DNA of 63,942 nt, the filler included, from Conidiobolus incongruus B7586 (lineage: Eukaryota): NCBI GenBank assembly GCA_000697335.1. It is 14 parts of 14 records of this genome, joined end to end, with 100 filler letters (N's around TTAATTAATTAA, not from the genome) between each part and the next. Parts side by side here need not be neighbours in the genome. Positions count along the whole stretch, not along the records: positions 8,896 to 15,510 come from JNEM01006663.1; positions 15,611 to 20,099 come from JNEM01006664.1; positions 20,200 to 22,505 come from JNEM01006665.1; positions 22,606 to 25,197 come from JNEM01006666.1; positions 25,298 to 28,254 come from JNEM01006668.1; 9 more parts are not named here. One strand, given 5' to 3'. This document shows positions 12,927 through 27,653 of this stretch, piece by piece (the first letter of the stretch is position 1; every line of letters starts with the position of its first letter). A program made the position numbers and the translations under genes. Under the pieces are notes generated by a model. It searched no databases, had not been told where the DNA came from, and saw only the letters and a list, made by a program, of their open reading frames with translations.

Positions 12927-13851
12927 TATATTAAAATTATTTAATTATTATTATTATTATTTTTATTATATACAGGGGGTTAATTGTAATATATAGTACA
13001 AAAGCGTTGATCAACTTAAAATTGAGTTTCATTGTTTTGATTAAGAGCTTTTAAGGATCCAAATATTTAGCTGTGGATTTGTGGGAATCCGAATCTCGCA
13101 GTCATTTAAAGATATTTGCTTGGCATTAATAATTGTTACTACAATCGAGCAATATCTTAATAACAATTAGCAACTATTCTCTCAAAATTCTGACATATTA
13201 CAATTTTTTACCCTAAACTAATAGATAATTATTGGTTATTCTTGTAATTTGCACAATACCAGTCACTTAAATGTTTTAATTAAGTCTAATGACATTATCT
13301 AGTTTAATGAAATCACAATAAAATAATAATTAGTTTAGATAATAAATGATAATAAATTAATTTCAATATTTACACAGTGTATTACTTATTTTATAATAGT
13401 TATTTTACAATAAAAATGAATGCTTAATCTATCATAACACAAAAAATTTTTAATACATATATATATATATATATATATATATCTTATGGAATTTTTAAAA
13501 TCATAATAAACAATTATATCATTTAACTAATATTGATTCCAAAAGTTTTATAATTAACTAATCTATTATAATAATTATTCAATAATTTTTTAATAATCCC
13601 GAATTTTTCTAAAAAGATTATAATCAATCAAGTTTGCTCCACTGAAATCAAAATTTAGGATCATATTTTAAATGCAAAAATCTTAAATAGTGATTTTGAA
13701 TCAAAGTACGGAAATTGTAGCATATTCGATTGTACAAAAAATATTACTATTTATTTAAGTATTACCCTTAATTATTGGAATTAAGGCTTAAAGACGCTAT
13801 CTAATTTAGATGGCTTGTTTTTTAAGTTTCAAATTTAGAGTTGAGTAATAT

Positions 13852-14186
13852 TAACACGTCTTGGGAAAGCCGCGTCCGGAATAGTATAAGCAAAAGAGAG
13901 AGATCTAGGGATTTCCAGGTAAAGGTTAGGGAGATAGGGGGTTTATTGATTTAAGCCAAATAGCTGGGAGGACCCAGATCAAACTCCTTCTCTGTAGTAT
14001 AGCTCTGTTTCTGGGTTCTATATATAGTGCATAGAGTAGTAGGTTTCTGGAGTTTTCTGGAGGGTTGTATCATTAGCTGATTAAAGGATAGGGTTGAAGT
14101 GGTTGGTCACATGAGGGGGGGAATGACCCTTATATTCAGTTGAAGTAAGCATATTACGTGGGAGGAGAGTCACCTGACTCGTGACA
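13852..14186 (-). mobile_element. Solo LTR (~335 bp) related at its 5' end to the 10225 LTR
   Basis: GC-rich island. Minus strand starts TGTCACGAGTCA like the 10225 LTR. Other end reads TAACACG on + (TG probably mutated to TA). Flanked by ATAT on both sides. Confidence 0.78.
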
Positions 14187-17052
14187 ATATATTGTAATTA
14201 GTCTCATCGATAGTTTATAATTTTTATCTCAAATCTCATTAATTACTAATTTTTAATCAATTTCTAAAAGGATATAAGATTATATAAAAAATCATATAAA
14301 TTATAAAGTAATTTATCATTAGATAAGTGATAACAGCTTTTTTAATATCTATTATATGATATTTCTATCTGATGAAATGAATATAATTTAAATATAAAAC
14401 TCTTCTACTCTATTTTATGATTTAAAAAATCTAATTTTTCAGTTTATTTTTTAAATAATTTAAGTTTCCTGAATTCAATAATATTGTATTAACAATTTAT
14501 AATTAGAATTTGCAATACTATAGATTATAAAATATAATTATATCTATCATTATTTTAAAAAGAATCATATTACGCTATTTACTCAGTAATAATATTGATA
14601 TATAGAAATTTAAATAATTCTAACATTTCTTTACTTTGATATATAAATATATATTTTATAAAAGAGATATTATTTATTCAAAGAATATATTTTTATTTGT
14701 ATAAATGTAATATATTAAGAAATTGATAATATCAAATTATAGAGATAGTATTTAAACATTCAAATTTAAATAAATAAAAATCTTAATTACATTAAAAATA
14801 TCAAAATAACCAAATAATACTCTAAATTTTAAATAATGAGACTTTTTTAGTATTAAAATTTAATAAATATTTTAATATATGACATAAAATTAATACTCTT
14901 TTTTAATATTAAAAATTTACTGTTATATTTATAAAAAAATTATTTTTTAATTAATAGTTCTTTTTATTGTAAACCAAAATTTTATGTTTTATAAATTAAT
15001 TATATTTATTTACAAATATTTTTCTTATTATAACTATTGGCAATATTGCCAACCACTTATACTATCATCATCTAATCAAACAATTTCAACTTTTCTCATA
15101 ATTACTAAGTTATTTGTCACTACTTGATTATACTTTTATTGATAAAATTTAACCAAGGATAAAAGAGAGGTATTTCTTTAAAATATACAAGGGACCATTG
15201 TTGAATTAAATATAAAATAAAACATAGATTTATCTTTTACCTTACTGTTTCAAATTATAAACCCTGATCTCACAAAAAATCCAATAATAACCTTATTTTT
15301 TAATTACTTAAAGCAATGATAATTATATAATATATAAACTAATGAATATATTAAATGGTGATTTTTTCTAATTATTTTTAATTAAAGAATTACTTATCAC
15401 TTAATATATATGTTATAATTATAAGATAAAATAATAAATATTTGTAAATTATATTAAAACACTATATTAAAATAATTTTATATAAAAATATAATATAATA
15501 TATAATATTANNNNNNNNNNNNNNNNNNNNNNNNNNNNNNNNNNNNNNNNNNNNTTAATTAATTAANNNNNNNNNNNNNNNNNNNNNNNNNNNNNNNNNN
15601 NNNNNNNNNNAGTTATAAAAAAAGAATATTTATATATTAACAAAATATATTAGAATATAGATAAATTAAGAAATTTTTATAAAAAATTCTTATAATTAAT
15701 AGATTTTAGATCATTTTATAAATATTCAATTTAAAAAAACAAACATTAATTTAAGCAATCCTATTTATAAATTTATATAAATTAAAATTTTATTGAACAG
15801 TGATCTGAAATATTAAGATAAATTATAATATTATATAGTTTTTTTAAGTATTTAGAGATAAATTAATTAATAGAAATATATTATTTTTTAAATAACATAA
15901 TTTCAAATCAATATTTTTATTATTGTTTCATATTATCAATTATTTTGTATAATGATCATAAAAAACATAATATTAAAGTTATATAAGATTTTGTATATAA
16001 AAAGATTCGAAAGAGTTATAATGTTTAATATATTTACTAGATTATAACCGATATGATGATAATTATTTAGTCTAATTAAAAATATATTTATATAAAAAAT
16101 TCGGCAAATATATTAAATATGCTTATTAGATGTAAAAATTTTAATTTTTAATAGAAAACTATCTTTAAGATATTAAAAACTTGTGAAAAATATAGCAAAA
16201 TGTTATTAATAATAAAGGAGAGTATTTATCTGATATTTTGTATTAAGTTATATAACTTATATATCAATAATTTTCTTAAATTTTTATTTTAAAATTTTAC
16301 CTTTTTTTATTTCTATATTAATACAAATAATTTTAATCATATTATATTGCATAATTACTAGTTATATTCATATTATAAGATTAAATTTAATAATTTTTAA
16401 AATTATTTACAATATTTGTTAGGTATTGAAATATAGCATCAGGAATTATTAAATAACTTAAAATTATTTGAATTAATTTTTAATTTTAAAAATAAATTAT
16501 AAATTCAGTTTAATTCATAATATACTTTATTAAATTTTTTTATTACTAAATTAAATATCTTCCAGGCAATAAAATGGTCATTATCATGATATCCTTTAAA
16601 CATATACATTGATTTTCAACCACTTATTATTTATAGTCTTAAAATGTGTATTATTAAAGCAATTATTATAGGATAATTTACAGAAAATTTACAAATTTTA
16701 AATAGCAATAAATTACATGAAATTCACTAATTTCAATTGTTATCTGACAGTTTTTGGCCAAATGAATTAATATGTATAATATAAAGTTTAAATATATTCA
16801 AAATACATTACTTGAATAGATATTTTTACAAGATTAAAGAATAAAGCATATAAACAAACAACCAAATTAAATTATATTCAAATCATATGAATCCAATTTA
16901 AAATATTTAAAATCATGTGACAAATCAACATCCAAATAAAAATTCCCATAATAAAGTATTAATAATTTATTGAATTTCTTATTGGAATTACAGTCACTAA
17001 GCAAAATTTTGTTTTTATTGAATTCCATTGAAAAAAAAATTAAACAAAACTC

Positions 17053-18394
17053 ATGAGTCAACCCAGCAATAACAATAAACCAGAATTACGATTACGATCC
17101 GTACCCATTGAACTCAATCTACCATTTGCGAACAGTCCGGATATAATTCGCAGTAATCAGAGGGATGTCCAAATGGAGCTGCAATTTCAGGAGGATTTGA
17201 AGGATTGTTTACTAAGCTTATTTGGGAACAGGTGGTTGAATAAGAATATGAAGTGGGTTCAACTTGTGAGTCAGTTAAGTTATTTTGGCTTAACTACTTT
17301 ATTACGTAACTCTCAAAATATTTTAATAATTTATTAATATTAATAATTTTGTAAAGTGGATCAGACTTTAGGCGAGGAATATTGTGAGATTTTACCCTAT
17401 CAGTTAAAATTGAAAAAATTACCAAAATTTTGGGTAATTATATGTATTATATAATAGATAGATGCTGTGATTTTAATGATTAAATTTAGAATCGTAGTTT
17501 AAGTATTTTACTGTATTGCTCGTTTCCTCATCTTATCGAATTAGGTTACGATCCATTTAAAAAATGGGTTAAAAAATATATTAATGATAATAGTAAATAT
17601 TACTCTTATATATTATGTGTTTTGTAATCTAATAATATATTCTGTTTTATAGATGATAAATTAAAAACTTCTACGAAAGAACGGATCAATTGGATAGTAT
17701 TTGATATGATACCCAGAGCCATTAAATTATCCAATGATTATTTATTACCCTTACATCTCGTGATCTTTTACTTTAAAGGCCATTATTATCATCTATCCAA
17801 GAGATTGACCAGTATTCGCTATGTAATCCATCATATATTGCTATATACTATTAGACATAATTAATATTATTGAATAGATTTCTCCAAATAAGCCTAATCC
17901 CAATAATGCAAATAAATCAGGCTACGAAATTTTAGGAATATTATTGGGAATTCAACTTTTAGTGAAATTAATGTTGAATTTGAAAAAATCTTACAGAAAA
18001 TATAAGGAAGAGCAATTGAAATTGAAACAGTTGGAAGGTGATGAGGATCAAGATTTAATTAGGTATATTTCAATATAATTTATATTGGTGTTGGTATATT
18101 TAATGATTGTTAGTGGTGAAAAAGTTGTTGAAAGGTCAACTGATGTGCAGTTACCTAGCTCTATTGATGGAAAGTGTGCATTGTGTTTGAGTACTAAAAC
18201 GAATCCTACCTGTACCCCATGTGGTCATATCTTTTGTTGGGAGTGTATTTCTGAATGGTGCAGAACTAAGGTAATTTATGGCAAAATTATTTAATTAATT
18301 AGTCATTCTAATGAATATTTAATTATAGCCCGAGTGTCCACTATGTAGACAATCATCAGGGTTAGCGCAATTATGGACTATTAGATTAAATTAA
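17053..18394 (+). CDS. PEX10: Peroxin Pex10, peroxisomal RING E3 ligase, 7 exons
   Basis: Exons 17053-17305, 17357-17433, 17490-17592, 17653-17822, 17878-18062, 18114-18270, 18329-18394. Motifs [47 protein letters not shown] and C3HC4 [22 protein letters not shown]. Confidence 0.95.
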
Positions 18395-18423
18395 CTTAAA
18401 ACAAAAATAAAAAATTTATTGAA

Positions 18424-18942
18424 TTAATGAAATGGAGATGTAGACTTAATGAGAGTAGCATCAATTTGAGTCAAACTTTTGGGCAAATTCAATTGAATTT
18501 TGTTTCTGTAGAGAGCTGGTTGATTCTTCTGTAAGGGATTATTTTCAAAGTACACGGTTTGAATGTTCGTTAAGGTTTTGAATTCTCTATTTAGTTCGTC
18601 GAAATTTTCAAATTGATTAGAATTAGCCTAATTTATGATTAATATAAGGATTTTATAACATGTCACAGTAATATATTTACCCAGAATTCTTCTAAATTAA
18701 CCAAATGACCAATATTTTCCAATATTTTAATGTTATTATTAGAAATATCCAAAGTCGTTAAATTAATCTAATGATGGTATTATTAATATAAACATACTTT
18801 AATAGTATTGGTATATTAAATAGTACATTATTCTCTAAACCTTCAATCTTTTCAATAGCGTTATGACTAATATAGAATTCCTCCAAACTTTCCAATCCTT
18901 CCAAACCTTCAATCTTTCTAATTCGATTACTCTAAAAATCAC

Positions 18943-18987
<45 letters not shown>

Positions 18988-19841
18988 AAAATTTACTTGA
19001 ATACTTAATATCTTTAACTTTTTCAAATGTTGTAAATTCTAAATAAAATTTAAATTAATATAAAAATTTATATTATAAATAATAATTTACTTCTAATTTT
19101 TCAATTTTATTCTTTCCCAGCCATAATTTTTCTAAATTAATTAAATGATCTAAATTTTCAATTTTCTATAAAAAATATTATTATTATAATATATGAATGT
19201 ATTAAAATTATTTACTCTGATACGATTGGCTCCCAATTCCAAATTGGTAATATTGATAAAGGTGTTCAGATTTTGAATTTTAGAAATTTTATTACTTACA
19301 AAGTATAGATCTGATAAATTCACCAATTGATCAATATTTTCAATGTGTTTGATCTTGTTGAAAGATAAATCTAAAGATCTAAAAACATAATTAACCGAAT
19401 GCCAATATATATATATATGATAATATATATATATATATTACGTTAGATTCACCAAATGATTTAAATTTTCAATCTTTTCAATTCGATTATCATATAAATC
19501 TAATTCTATTAATTCTTTATTACTTTCTAAATCTTCAATTTGTTGAATCAAATTTTGTCTCAAAGTTAACATCTATATATCATAAAAAAACTATTTAATA
19601 ATCTTACTATAAAAATATTAAAATTATTTACTTGTAATTTTTTAAATCTTGATAAATTTAATAATTTCATATCGGTTAATTTGGCATGAACTAATTCTAA
19701 TACCTATTCAATTTTTTAAATTTAATTTTATAAATTTTTTATTCCTTTTTTATTTACTTCTGTATCATTTGGAAAATCATCAAATGGGTTTTGGAATTTT
19801 TGTTCTAGGTTGTTATCTTCGATAGGTGTAATATTTTCCAT
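18424..19841 (-). CDS. SDS22: Sds22 / PP1 regulatory subunit 7, leucine-rich repeat protein, 9 exons
   Basis: Spliced translation gives LTLRQNLI, LDLYDNRI, LDLSFNKIKHIEN, LYFVSNKISKI, LELGANRIR, LWLGKNKI, LSIQSNRI, FYISHNAI and the LRR cap TVYFENNPLQ..YRNKI..LTQIDAT. Confidence 0.94.
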
Positions 19842-20199
19842 TTTTTCAATATTGTTATTTATTCAGTTAAATTGAATTTTTAATTTGTTTAGGATTATGA
19901 ATTGCGTCACAATTAAATATATTATTTCATAGGTAAGTGTTATTAAATAATTTATGGGATCAATGGTTTCAGTGTTTGTGAATTTGAAGGTTACAGATTT
20001 TCAATTTGAATTTTTATACTACTTATATAACATACCTATCACATTTTATATATTTAAAAACTAATAAATTATTAAATAATTTTGAAATGCATGTAAAACN
20101 NNNNNNNNNNNNNNNNNNNNNNNNNNNNNNNNNNNNNNNNNNNTTAATTAATTAANNNNNNNNNNNNNNNNNNNNNNNNNNNNNNNNNNNNNNNNNNNN

Positions 20200-20579
20200 A
20201 GCTAATATAGTGCAGAGGAAGACTTAATATAAAAGTAGTGTGGTGCAGAACATGGTAATATAACGTGGCTGTAGCGTGCAGGTGTAAACAAAGTTTAATT
20301 AAGCTTCGAACTAGGGTGAGTCACTGATATATTAAGATTTATATTAGGTAGTGCCAATATCCTACAATATCGACAGAATATAGTCTCAATCTTAGAAATA
20401 GTGTAAAAGTAAAAATAGTAAGAATTGAGAGGAAAAAAAGAGGAACCTAGTTTATTAGATAATTTAATGCTATTTATACAATTAATTTAGCTATAAAAGT
20501 ATAAATTAATCATATAATTTATAGTTAATTAAATTATATAAAAATATATATAAGAATTTAGAGAACTAGTCTCTTAACA
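20200..20579 (-). mobile_element. Possible LTR retroelement end next to gap
   Basis: GC-richer sequence running from the gap and ending at ..GTCTCTTAACA (TGTTAAGAG on minus). No second copy in the window. Confidence 0.35.
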
Positions 20580-20762
20580 AAATATCAAATTACAGTTTTT
20601 AAAAGAATTATTTTTTAAATGTTAGATATTTATTCAAACTATAGTAAAAGTTATTAAATATAAATGAAATTATTAATTTTTTTTATTGTTATTTCTACTT
20701 TATATATTAAAATATTTTTTTGAATTACAAAAGATTCCTATTATTTAAATTATAAAATAATA

Positions 20763-22069
20763 TTACCATAGAATTAAAAAAATGGGAAATTGTTTAATTT
20801 GTGATTTTTCAAATATATTATTAGTTTCAAATAAGCAAATATATATAAACAAATAGGAAAATAAATAGTTTTGTATTATAAATATATATATAATAATTTC
20901 CTTGATTAAAAAATTAATTTTTAAAATTAGTTGTTTAATTTAAATATACTTAATCTAAATAGTAACCATCAAAAGTATTTTATTTTAGTATCAGTAAAAT
21001 ATAACCACAAACCCTCTAAAATCATTTAAAATTTACAAATAGCTTTTAATAATAAAGTATTATCTAAATCAACAATTTATTGCTAGGTAAATTATTTTAA
21101 AGCTGGGAAAGAAACTACCTAAAACAAGTTAAAATCTAAAAGACTAATTTTAACTGTCATTATTTTAATTATTAATAAATTAAAATATTATATTAAAAAC
21201 ACTTTTTTATTTCAGCTAGAGAACTATCAAGTTACTTTGATATTACTGACATAAGTATTGGATATATATTAAAGTTTAAATTAAAATTAATTAATAGATA
21301 TATAAAATAGGTAACTTATAATTTAACTAAAACTTAAAAAAAACTAGAGTAGTTATTACTAAACAAAACTTACTAAGATATAGCCAAAAACCAAGGTTTT
21401 TACAATGAATATTTATAATTGATGAAACTTAAATTCTTTTGTATAATCCTTTGCCAAAACTAAAATTAAAGTGTTATATTAAGCCAAATCAACCCCCTCC
21501 ACAAATTCTTTTAAATAAATACTTTATTGATAAATGAATGTTAATTGTAACAATAGATTATAATAGCATATGCTATTATTATTTAGTTTCTAAAGGAAAA
21601 TCCATTAATAGTAAATTATATTTCTTTTTTAAATAAAACTATTTGTAATTTGTATTCTCAATACAATTTAAGAAAACCTATTATTTTGCATAATAATTAT
21701 AAAATACATAAATCTAAAGTTATAAAAATTTCCTAATTAAAAATAACTGGAAAAGACTACCACATCTAGTATATTACCTGGATTATAACCTATATCATTA
21801 TAATTGTTTTGGGCAATTCAAAAACCAGCTTACAAGAAAGAAAATTTCTGCAGGAAAATTTAATTGGTTTGTGAAACATCAAATTTCAGTCTTTAATAAA
21901 AATAACTGTTTTTTAGGTGTTAGAAGTTTGCCAAAATTATAGCAAAAAGTTATTAATAATAAAGGAAAATATTAAATTCATATTATATATTTATTTTTAT
22001 ATATCTTATATTCAAATGTTTATTTATTTTTAATTGTAAAAAATTCCCATTATTAAAAATACAGAGTAA
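20763..22069 (+). mobile_element. Full-length mutated mariner copy
   Basis: TA|TTACCATAGAATT..AATGGGAAA and ..TTCCCATTATTAAAAATACAGAGTAA|TA. Colinear with 54730-56049. Confidence 0.9.
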
Positions 22070-22084
22070 TAATATTATTCTTAC

Positions 22085-22648
22085 CTATATTAACTAACTT
22101 ATAATTATATTTCTTATTATTTTTATTTTTGTTTTTAACAAACTTAAGTTTAAATATGTTTTTTTATTATTTTTAATAGGTTTAACTATAGTAAACTAAC
22201 TAACTATAATAATTCTAACAATATTATTAGTTAATTTATCTTTTTCATAAAGTTGATTAATATACAAGTAAATTTTTTTAGAGAGGGATTTAAGTATAAT
22301 GATATTAATAAAAAAATTTAATATATCTATAAAATATTATATAAAATAATAACAAAAAGATAAAAAATTTGGTTATATATAGTTAAATATATACCTTTAT
22401 CTCAAAAACTTGTAAATTTATAATTTATCTTTGTTAAATATTTAACATTAATTTTTTTACTAATAGTTTACTAAATATATTTAAATATATTTATTTATTA
22501 TTAAANNNNNNNNNNNNNNNNNNNNNNNNNNNNNNNNNNNNNNNNNNNNTTAATTAATTAANNNNNNNNNNNNNNNNNNNNNNNNNNNNNNNNNNNNNNN
22601 NNNNNATATATATATTTAATTTTATAACTCATTTTTATAAATTAGTGT
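22085..22648 (-). mobile_element. Tc1-family fragment spanning a gap
   Basis: Matches the 5' part of the transposase and the inner repeat. TIR remnant TTTATAACTCATTTTTATAAATTAGTG after the gap. Confidence 0.7.
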
Positions 22649-22994
22649 AACAAAATTTTATTATTTAATTTATATGGTTATTAGATAAATAAAAATATAT
22701 TATAACAGATTAATTATTTTAATTAAACTTGTTTATTAAAGATTAAAATTTATATGACAAAATAAGTATAATATATATTATAAAATTTTAATATCATTAT
22801 AACTATGGTATTTTATATAGTTAATATTATTAAAAAATTAGTTTTTGAAATTCATAATTATATTATTATATTATTCTATTAACTATAAATTATATCTTAT
22901 TTTTAATTTTATAATCAAAATAATTATATAATAACCTATAAAAGTAAGTATTAGATGAAATATATATATATATAGTTAATCATTAGAGTAATTT

Positions 22995-24491
22995 TATATA
23001 TTAAATTACTTGAAACTATAATATATAATAAATGTATATAATTTGATAATAAAAAAATATATTTTTATATATTTAGTAAAATATTAGAAAAAATATTAAC
23101 CCTTAATATTTAACCAAGGTGAATTATAAATTTGCAGGTTTTTAAGATAAGGGGATATATTTAACAATATATAAACATATTTTTTTTCTCTCTTTGCTAT
23201 TATTTTATATAATATTTTATAGATTTATTAAATTTTTTATTAGTATCATTATACTTAAATCCCTTTATAAAAAAACTATTTGTGCATCAATCAACTTTAT
23301 AAAGAAAGTAAAACAACTTATAATATTATTAGAATTACTAGTGTTAGCTAGTTTATTATAGCTAAAGCTGTTAAGAGTACCAATAAAAAAACTTTTAAAC
23401 CTAAACTTAAGTATGTTAAGATTATAAATAAACATGATGTGAAGTATATCTGTAGGTTAATTAATATAGGTAAATATAGTATTATTGTAAAAATATAGCA
23501 GGAACTATAAGACTATATAAGAATATTAGTTAATACTAATACTATTATATATGTTTTATGTTAGTGTAGATATCACTTACATCTTAAGAAAAAACAACCC
23601 CAACTAATGAAATCTAACTATCAAGCTAGGTAAAAGTTTAAATGTCACCACTAATATTAAACTAAAACTAATTAAAGTAAGGTTATTTAGTTTAATAAAA
23701 CAAAAATATATTTTAGTGGATTTAATAAAAAAGCTAGATACTTTAGAAAAGATACAAAACTATTTTATAACTATTATGTTAATTCTACCTAAAAGTACAA
23801 TGATAGGTTAATTATTGTTTAGGGATATATATTGTCTTTAATTATAAGATATCTTTGTAAAGTTAATAGGGGAATTAATATTAAGATATACTTAAGTATT
23901 CAAAATAATAAATTGAAAAAACTATTAAATAATATAGCTTAAACAAATATAATGTAATTTTCTAGTAAGGTAATACCTCTTATTATATTATATCTTCTAC
24001 TACCAAATAAATTAAAAATAAAACATAATAGTTATAAATTAGCTTCTTTAATCTCCTAACCTCAATCTAATTAAATACCTTTAGGATCAGTGAAAAAAAG
24101 TTATTAAAGCTTTCCCTTAGCAAAAAATTTAAATCAACTTTAAGAATATATTCAAAGAGTATAGAATAAGATTAACCCTTCTTAGTATAAGAAGTTAGTT
24201 GATTCTATACCCTACAAACTTAAACAAGTTAAAAAAGCTAAAGATAAATACACTAGGTTTTAATTTTTTTTTATTAGCAAAAACCCACAAATATATAACT
24301 CACCCTAGATAAAATTTAAGGGTTTTTATATTAACTAATTAATAGCCAAATATCATTATTTAATAAAATATATATTTAATAAATATAACAGATTTTAATT
24401 ATTTAATTTAAATTTTTTATTAATTATTAATCAAGTTATTAGTAAAAATATAATTGTTTTTGACTTTATAACTCACTTTTTTAGGTTAGTA
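22995..24491 (+). mobile_element. Mutated Tc1-family copy, left TIR eroded
   Basis: Inner repeat AAGGTGAATTATAAATTTGCAGG at ~23116. Right TIR ..ATAACTCACTTTTTTAGGTTAGTA. Confidence 0.88.
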
Positions 24492-24492
24492 T

Positions 24493-24957
24493 ATTAAAGT
24501 ATTTTGATAATTTTTTAGCTAAATTAAAATGGTGCTTTTGAATATATTTTTTCATTTTATTAACTAATACAAGAATAATAGCTAAAATTAATTTTTTAGA
24601 TTTTGGTAGGTTTTTGGTAATTTCTTTCTTAATTTTAAAATAATTTTCTAAGCAATAAATTATTAATATAGATAATATCTTATTATCAAAAGCTGCCTGT
24701 ATATTATGAATGATTTTAAAGATTTTTTGGTTAAATTTTATTGCTAGTAAAATAAAACACTTTTGATGATTATTATTTAATTTAATTATAATTAAAATAT
24801 ATAATTAATTTTAAAAAATTATTATATATAAATTATTATATAATTCAAAACTATTTATTTTCCTAATTGCTTTGTAGATATTTTTTTATTTGAAAGTAAT
24901 AATATGTTTAAAAAATCAAAAATTAAAAAAATTCCCATTTTTTTAATTATATAATAA
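24493..24957 (-). mobile_element. 5' fragment of a mariner copy
   Basis: Reverse complement of the mariner left end and N-terminal coding region (AAAAAATTCCCATTTT at ~24928). Confidence 0.75.
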
Positions 24958-26348
24958 TATAAAAAATAATAGTGAAAAACTATATGTTTATAATTATACT
25001 TTTAAGTTCAAAAACTATTAATAATTAAAACCCTTTATTAAAATAATATAATATTAGATATAAACTATATAAATTATATTTAATTAAATATTCGGCATAA
25101 ATATTCAAAATTAAATTAAAAAAGAATTATTTTTTAATTATTTTTAATATTTTACTAAGTTATTATAAAAACGTAATAATAAATGTAAATTAAGTAANNN
25201 NNNNNNNNNNNNNNNNNNNNNNNNNNNNNNNNNNNNNNNNNTTAATTAATTAANNNNNNNNNNNNNNNNNNNNNNNNNNNNNNNNNNNNNNNNNNNNTTT
25301 TTATTAAAAATTATTTATTTTGGTTAATTTTTAAAAATAATAATAATAATAAATATCATAAATATTCAATGGTTTTAATAATCTTGATAGAAAATTATCA
25401 ATTTATAGCTTAAATAATAAAATATTAATAGAATTATAATCAAATAGCTTTAATAATAAGGGATTAATTTTATAGCCAATATATTGTCAAATATTATCTA
25501 TAATTATTTTTATATTAATTAATATTATAATAATAGAAAAAATAGATATTTGAGTAATTAAATATATTTTATGGATATCAAGTAATTTGTTATAATTTTA
25601 AGGACAAAATTATATATTTTATTAATTATCTAATATTTATACAACAAAAAAATTTTTAAATAAAAATATTTTCAAGTATAATAAATTAAATTTTCAAAAT
25701 TTAGTTTATTATAATATATAACATCATGCATTTTATTTAACTACAATTAATAATAACAATTGATGAATTTATGTTATTTGTAAATATATTGGGTAATTGA
25801 TCAATATAACATATATAAGAGGCTTGCATCAAATTAATATTAAAAATTAGTTATTAGTAATATAAATACAAATATAGATTCAAGTTATAATCATTATTCA
25901 TTATAATCAAAATTTTTTAATTTATTATATTATGGTACTACTAATTGCTAGTAGAACTTTGATGACAAGGGAGGGAGCAACTTACTTATAGTTTGCTTTG
26001 TAATTCAGGTCAAGGTGTTTTATTAAGGTTTGTTAAAAGTTTAATAAGCTTTATAAAAGACTAGAAATGATGATAAAAATAAATCCAACAATGTTTCTTT
26101 TATAGACAATTTGCTAATTATAAGTAGTATAAAGAGGTATATTAGGTTTTTGGAAAAATAAGACTTTAAAGAAGTATGACAAGTATTTTTTGGGGTATAT
26201 CTCTATAAGGTAATAGATTGCTAGATAAAGTTGGTTAAATAGATTACTATCTAAGCAACTATAATATTAGAATTCATAATAATAAAATAATATAGATTTA
26301 TATATTAAATATTATATGATTATTTATTATTGTATTTTTTAATTAATA

Positions 26349-27653
26349 TTACCTTGAATTTGAAATAATGGGAAATTTTTTAATTTCTGATTTTTCAAAC
26401 ATATTATTAATTTGAAATGAATAAAAATATATAAAGTTAATAGGAAATTATATATATTTAAAATATATATAATAATTTTTTTGATTAAAAAATTAATTTT
26501 TTAAAATTGGTTGTTTAATTTAATTATATTTAAACTAAATAATAATCATCAAAAGTTTTTTATTTTAGTATTAATAAAACTTAACTATAAACCCTCTAAA
26601 ATTATTTAAAATTTACAAATAACTTTTGATAGTAAAATATTATCTAAATTAACAATTTATTGCTAGGTAAATTATTTCAAAACTAGTAGAGAAATTATTT
26701 AAAACTTGTTAAAATCTAAAATACCAACTTTAACTGTTACTCTTTCAATTATTAATAGAGTGAAAAAATATATTAAAAAATACCTTGTTATTTCAGTTAA
26801 AGAATTATCTAAACATTTTAATATTAGTTTTACAAGTATTTTATATATATTAAAGTTTAAACTTAAATTAATAAATAAAAATATAAAATAAGTATTTTAT
26901 AATTTAATTAAAGATTAAAAAAAAGCTAGAGTAGTTATTGCTAAACAAAACTTACTAAAATATTACTAGAAGCTTAAAATTTTATAATAAATAATTATAA
27001 TTGATGAATCTTAAATCTTTATATATAATCTTTTATTAAAACACAAATTAAAATGCTAGATTAAGTTAAATTAACTCCTTCTATAAATCCCTTTAAATAA
27101 ATATTTTATTAATAAATAAATGTTAATTATTATAATAGATTATATTAGTATATGCTATTTTATTTAGTTCCTGAAAGAAAATCAATTAATAGTAAATTTT
27201 ATATTGCTTTTTTAAATAAAAGTATTTCTAATTAGTATTCTCAATATAATTTAAGAAAACTTATTTTTTTATATGATAACTGTAAAATATATAAATTTAA
27301 AGCTGTAAAAAACTTTCTAATTAAAAATAATTGGAAAAAACTACCACATCTAGTATACTCTTTAGATTATAACTTATGTAATTATTTTTGCTTTAGATAA
27401 TTAAAAAACCAGCTTATAAGAAAGAAAATTTCTACAAAAAAAATTAATTGGTTTGTGAAATATCAAATTTCAGTTTTTAATAAAAAGAACTATTTTTTAG
27501 ATTCTTAGATCTTTGTTAAAAGTATAGCAAAAAGTTATTAATAATAAAAAAACTATTTAATTTATATTATATATTTATTTTTATATATTATATATTAAAA
27601 TATTTATTTATTTTGAATTGCAAAAAATTCCCATTATTAAAAATACAGAGTAA
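26349..27653 (+). mobile_element. Full-length mutated mariner copy
   Basis: TA-flanked TIRs. ORF fragment 26706-26891 matches the transposase N-terminal region (NRVKKYIKK..ELSKHFNI..LKFKL). Confidence 0.9.

Noticed and set aside
18951..18980. (TA)n tracts in SDS22 introns and elsewhere (e.g. ~13458-13482)
   Set aside because: Ordinary microsatellites in an AT-rich genome.
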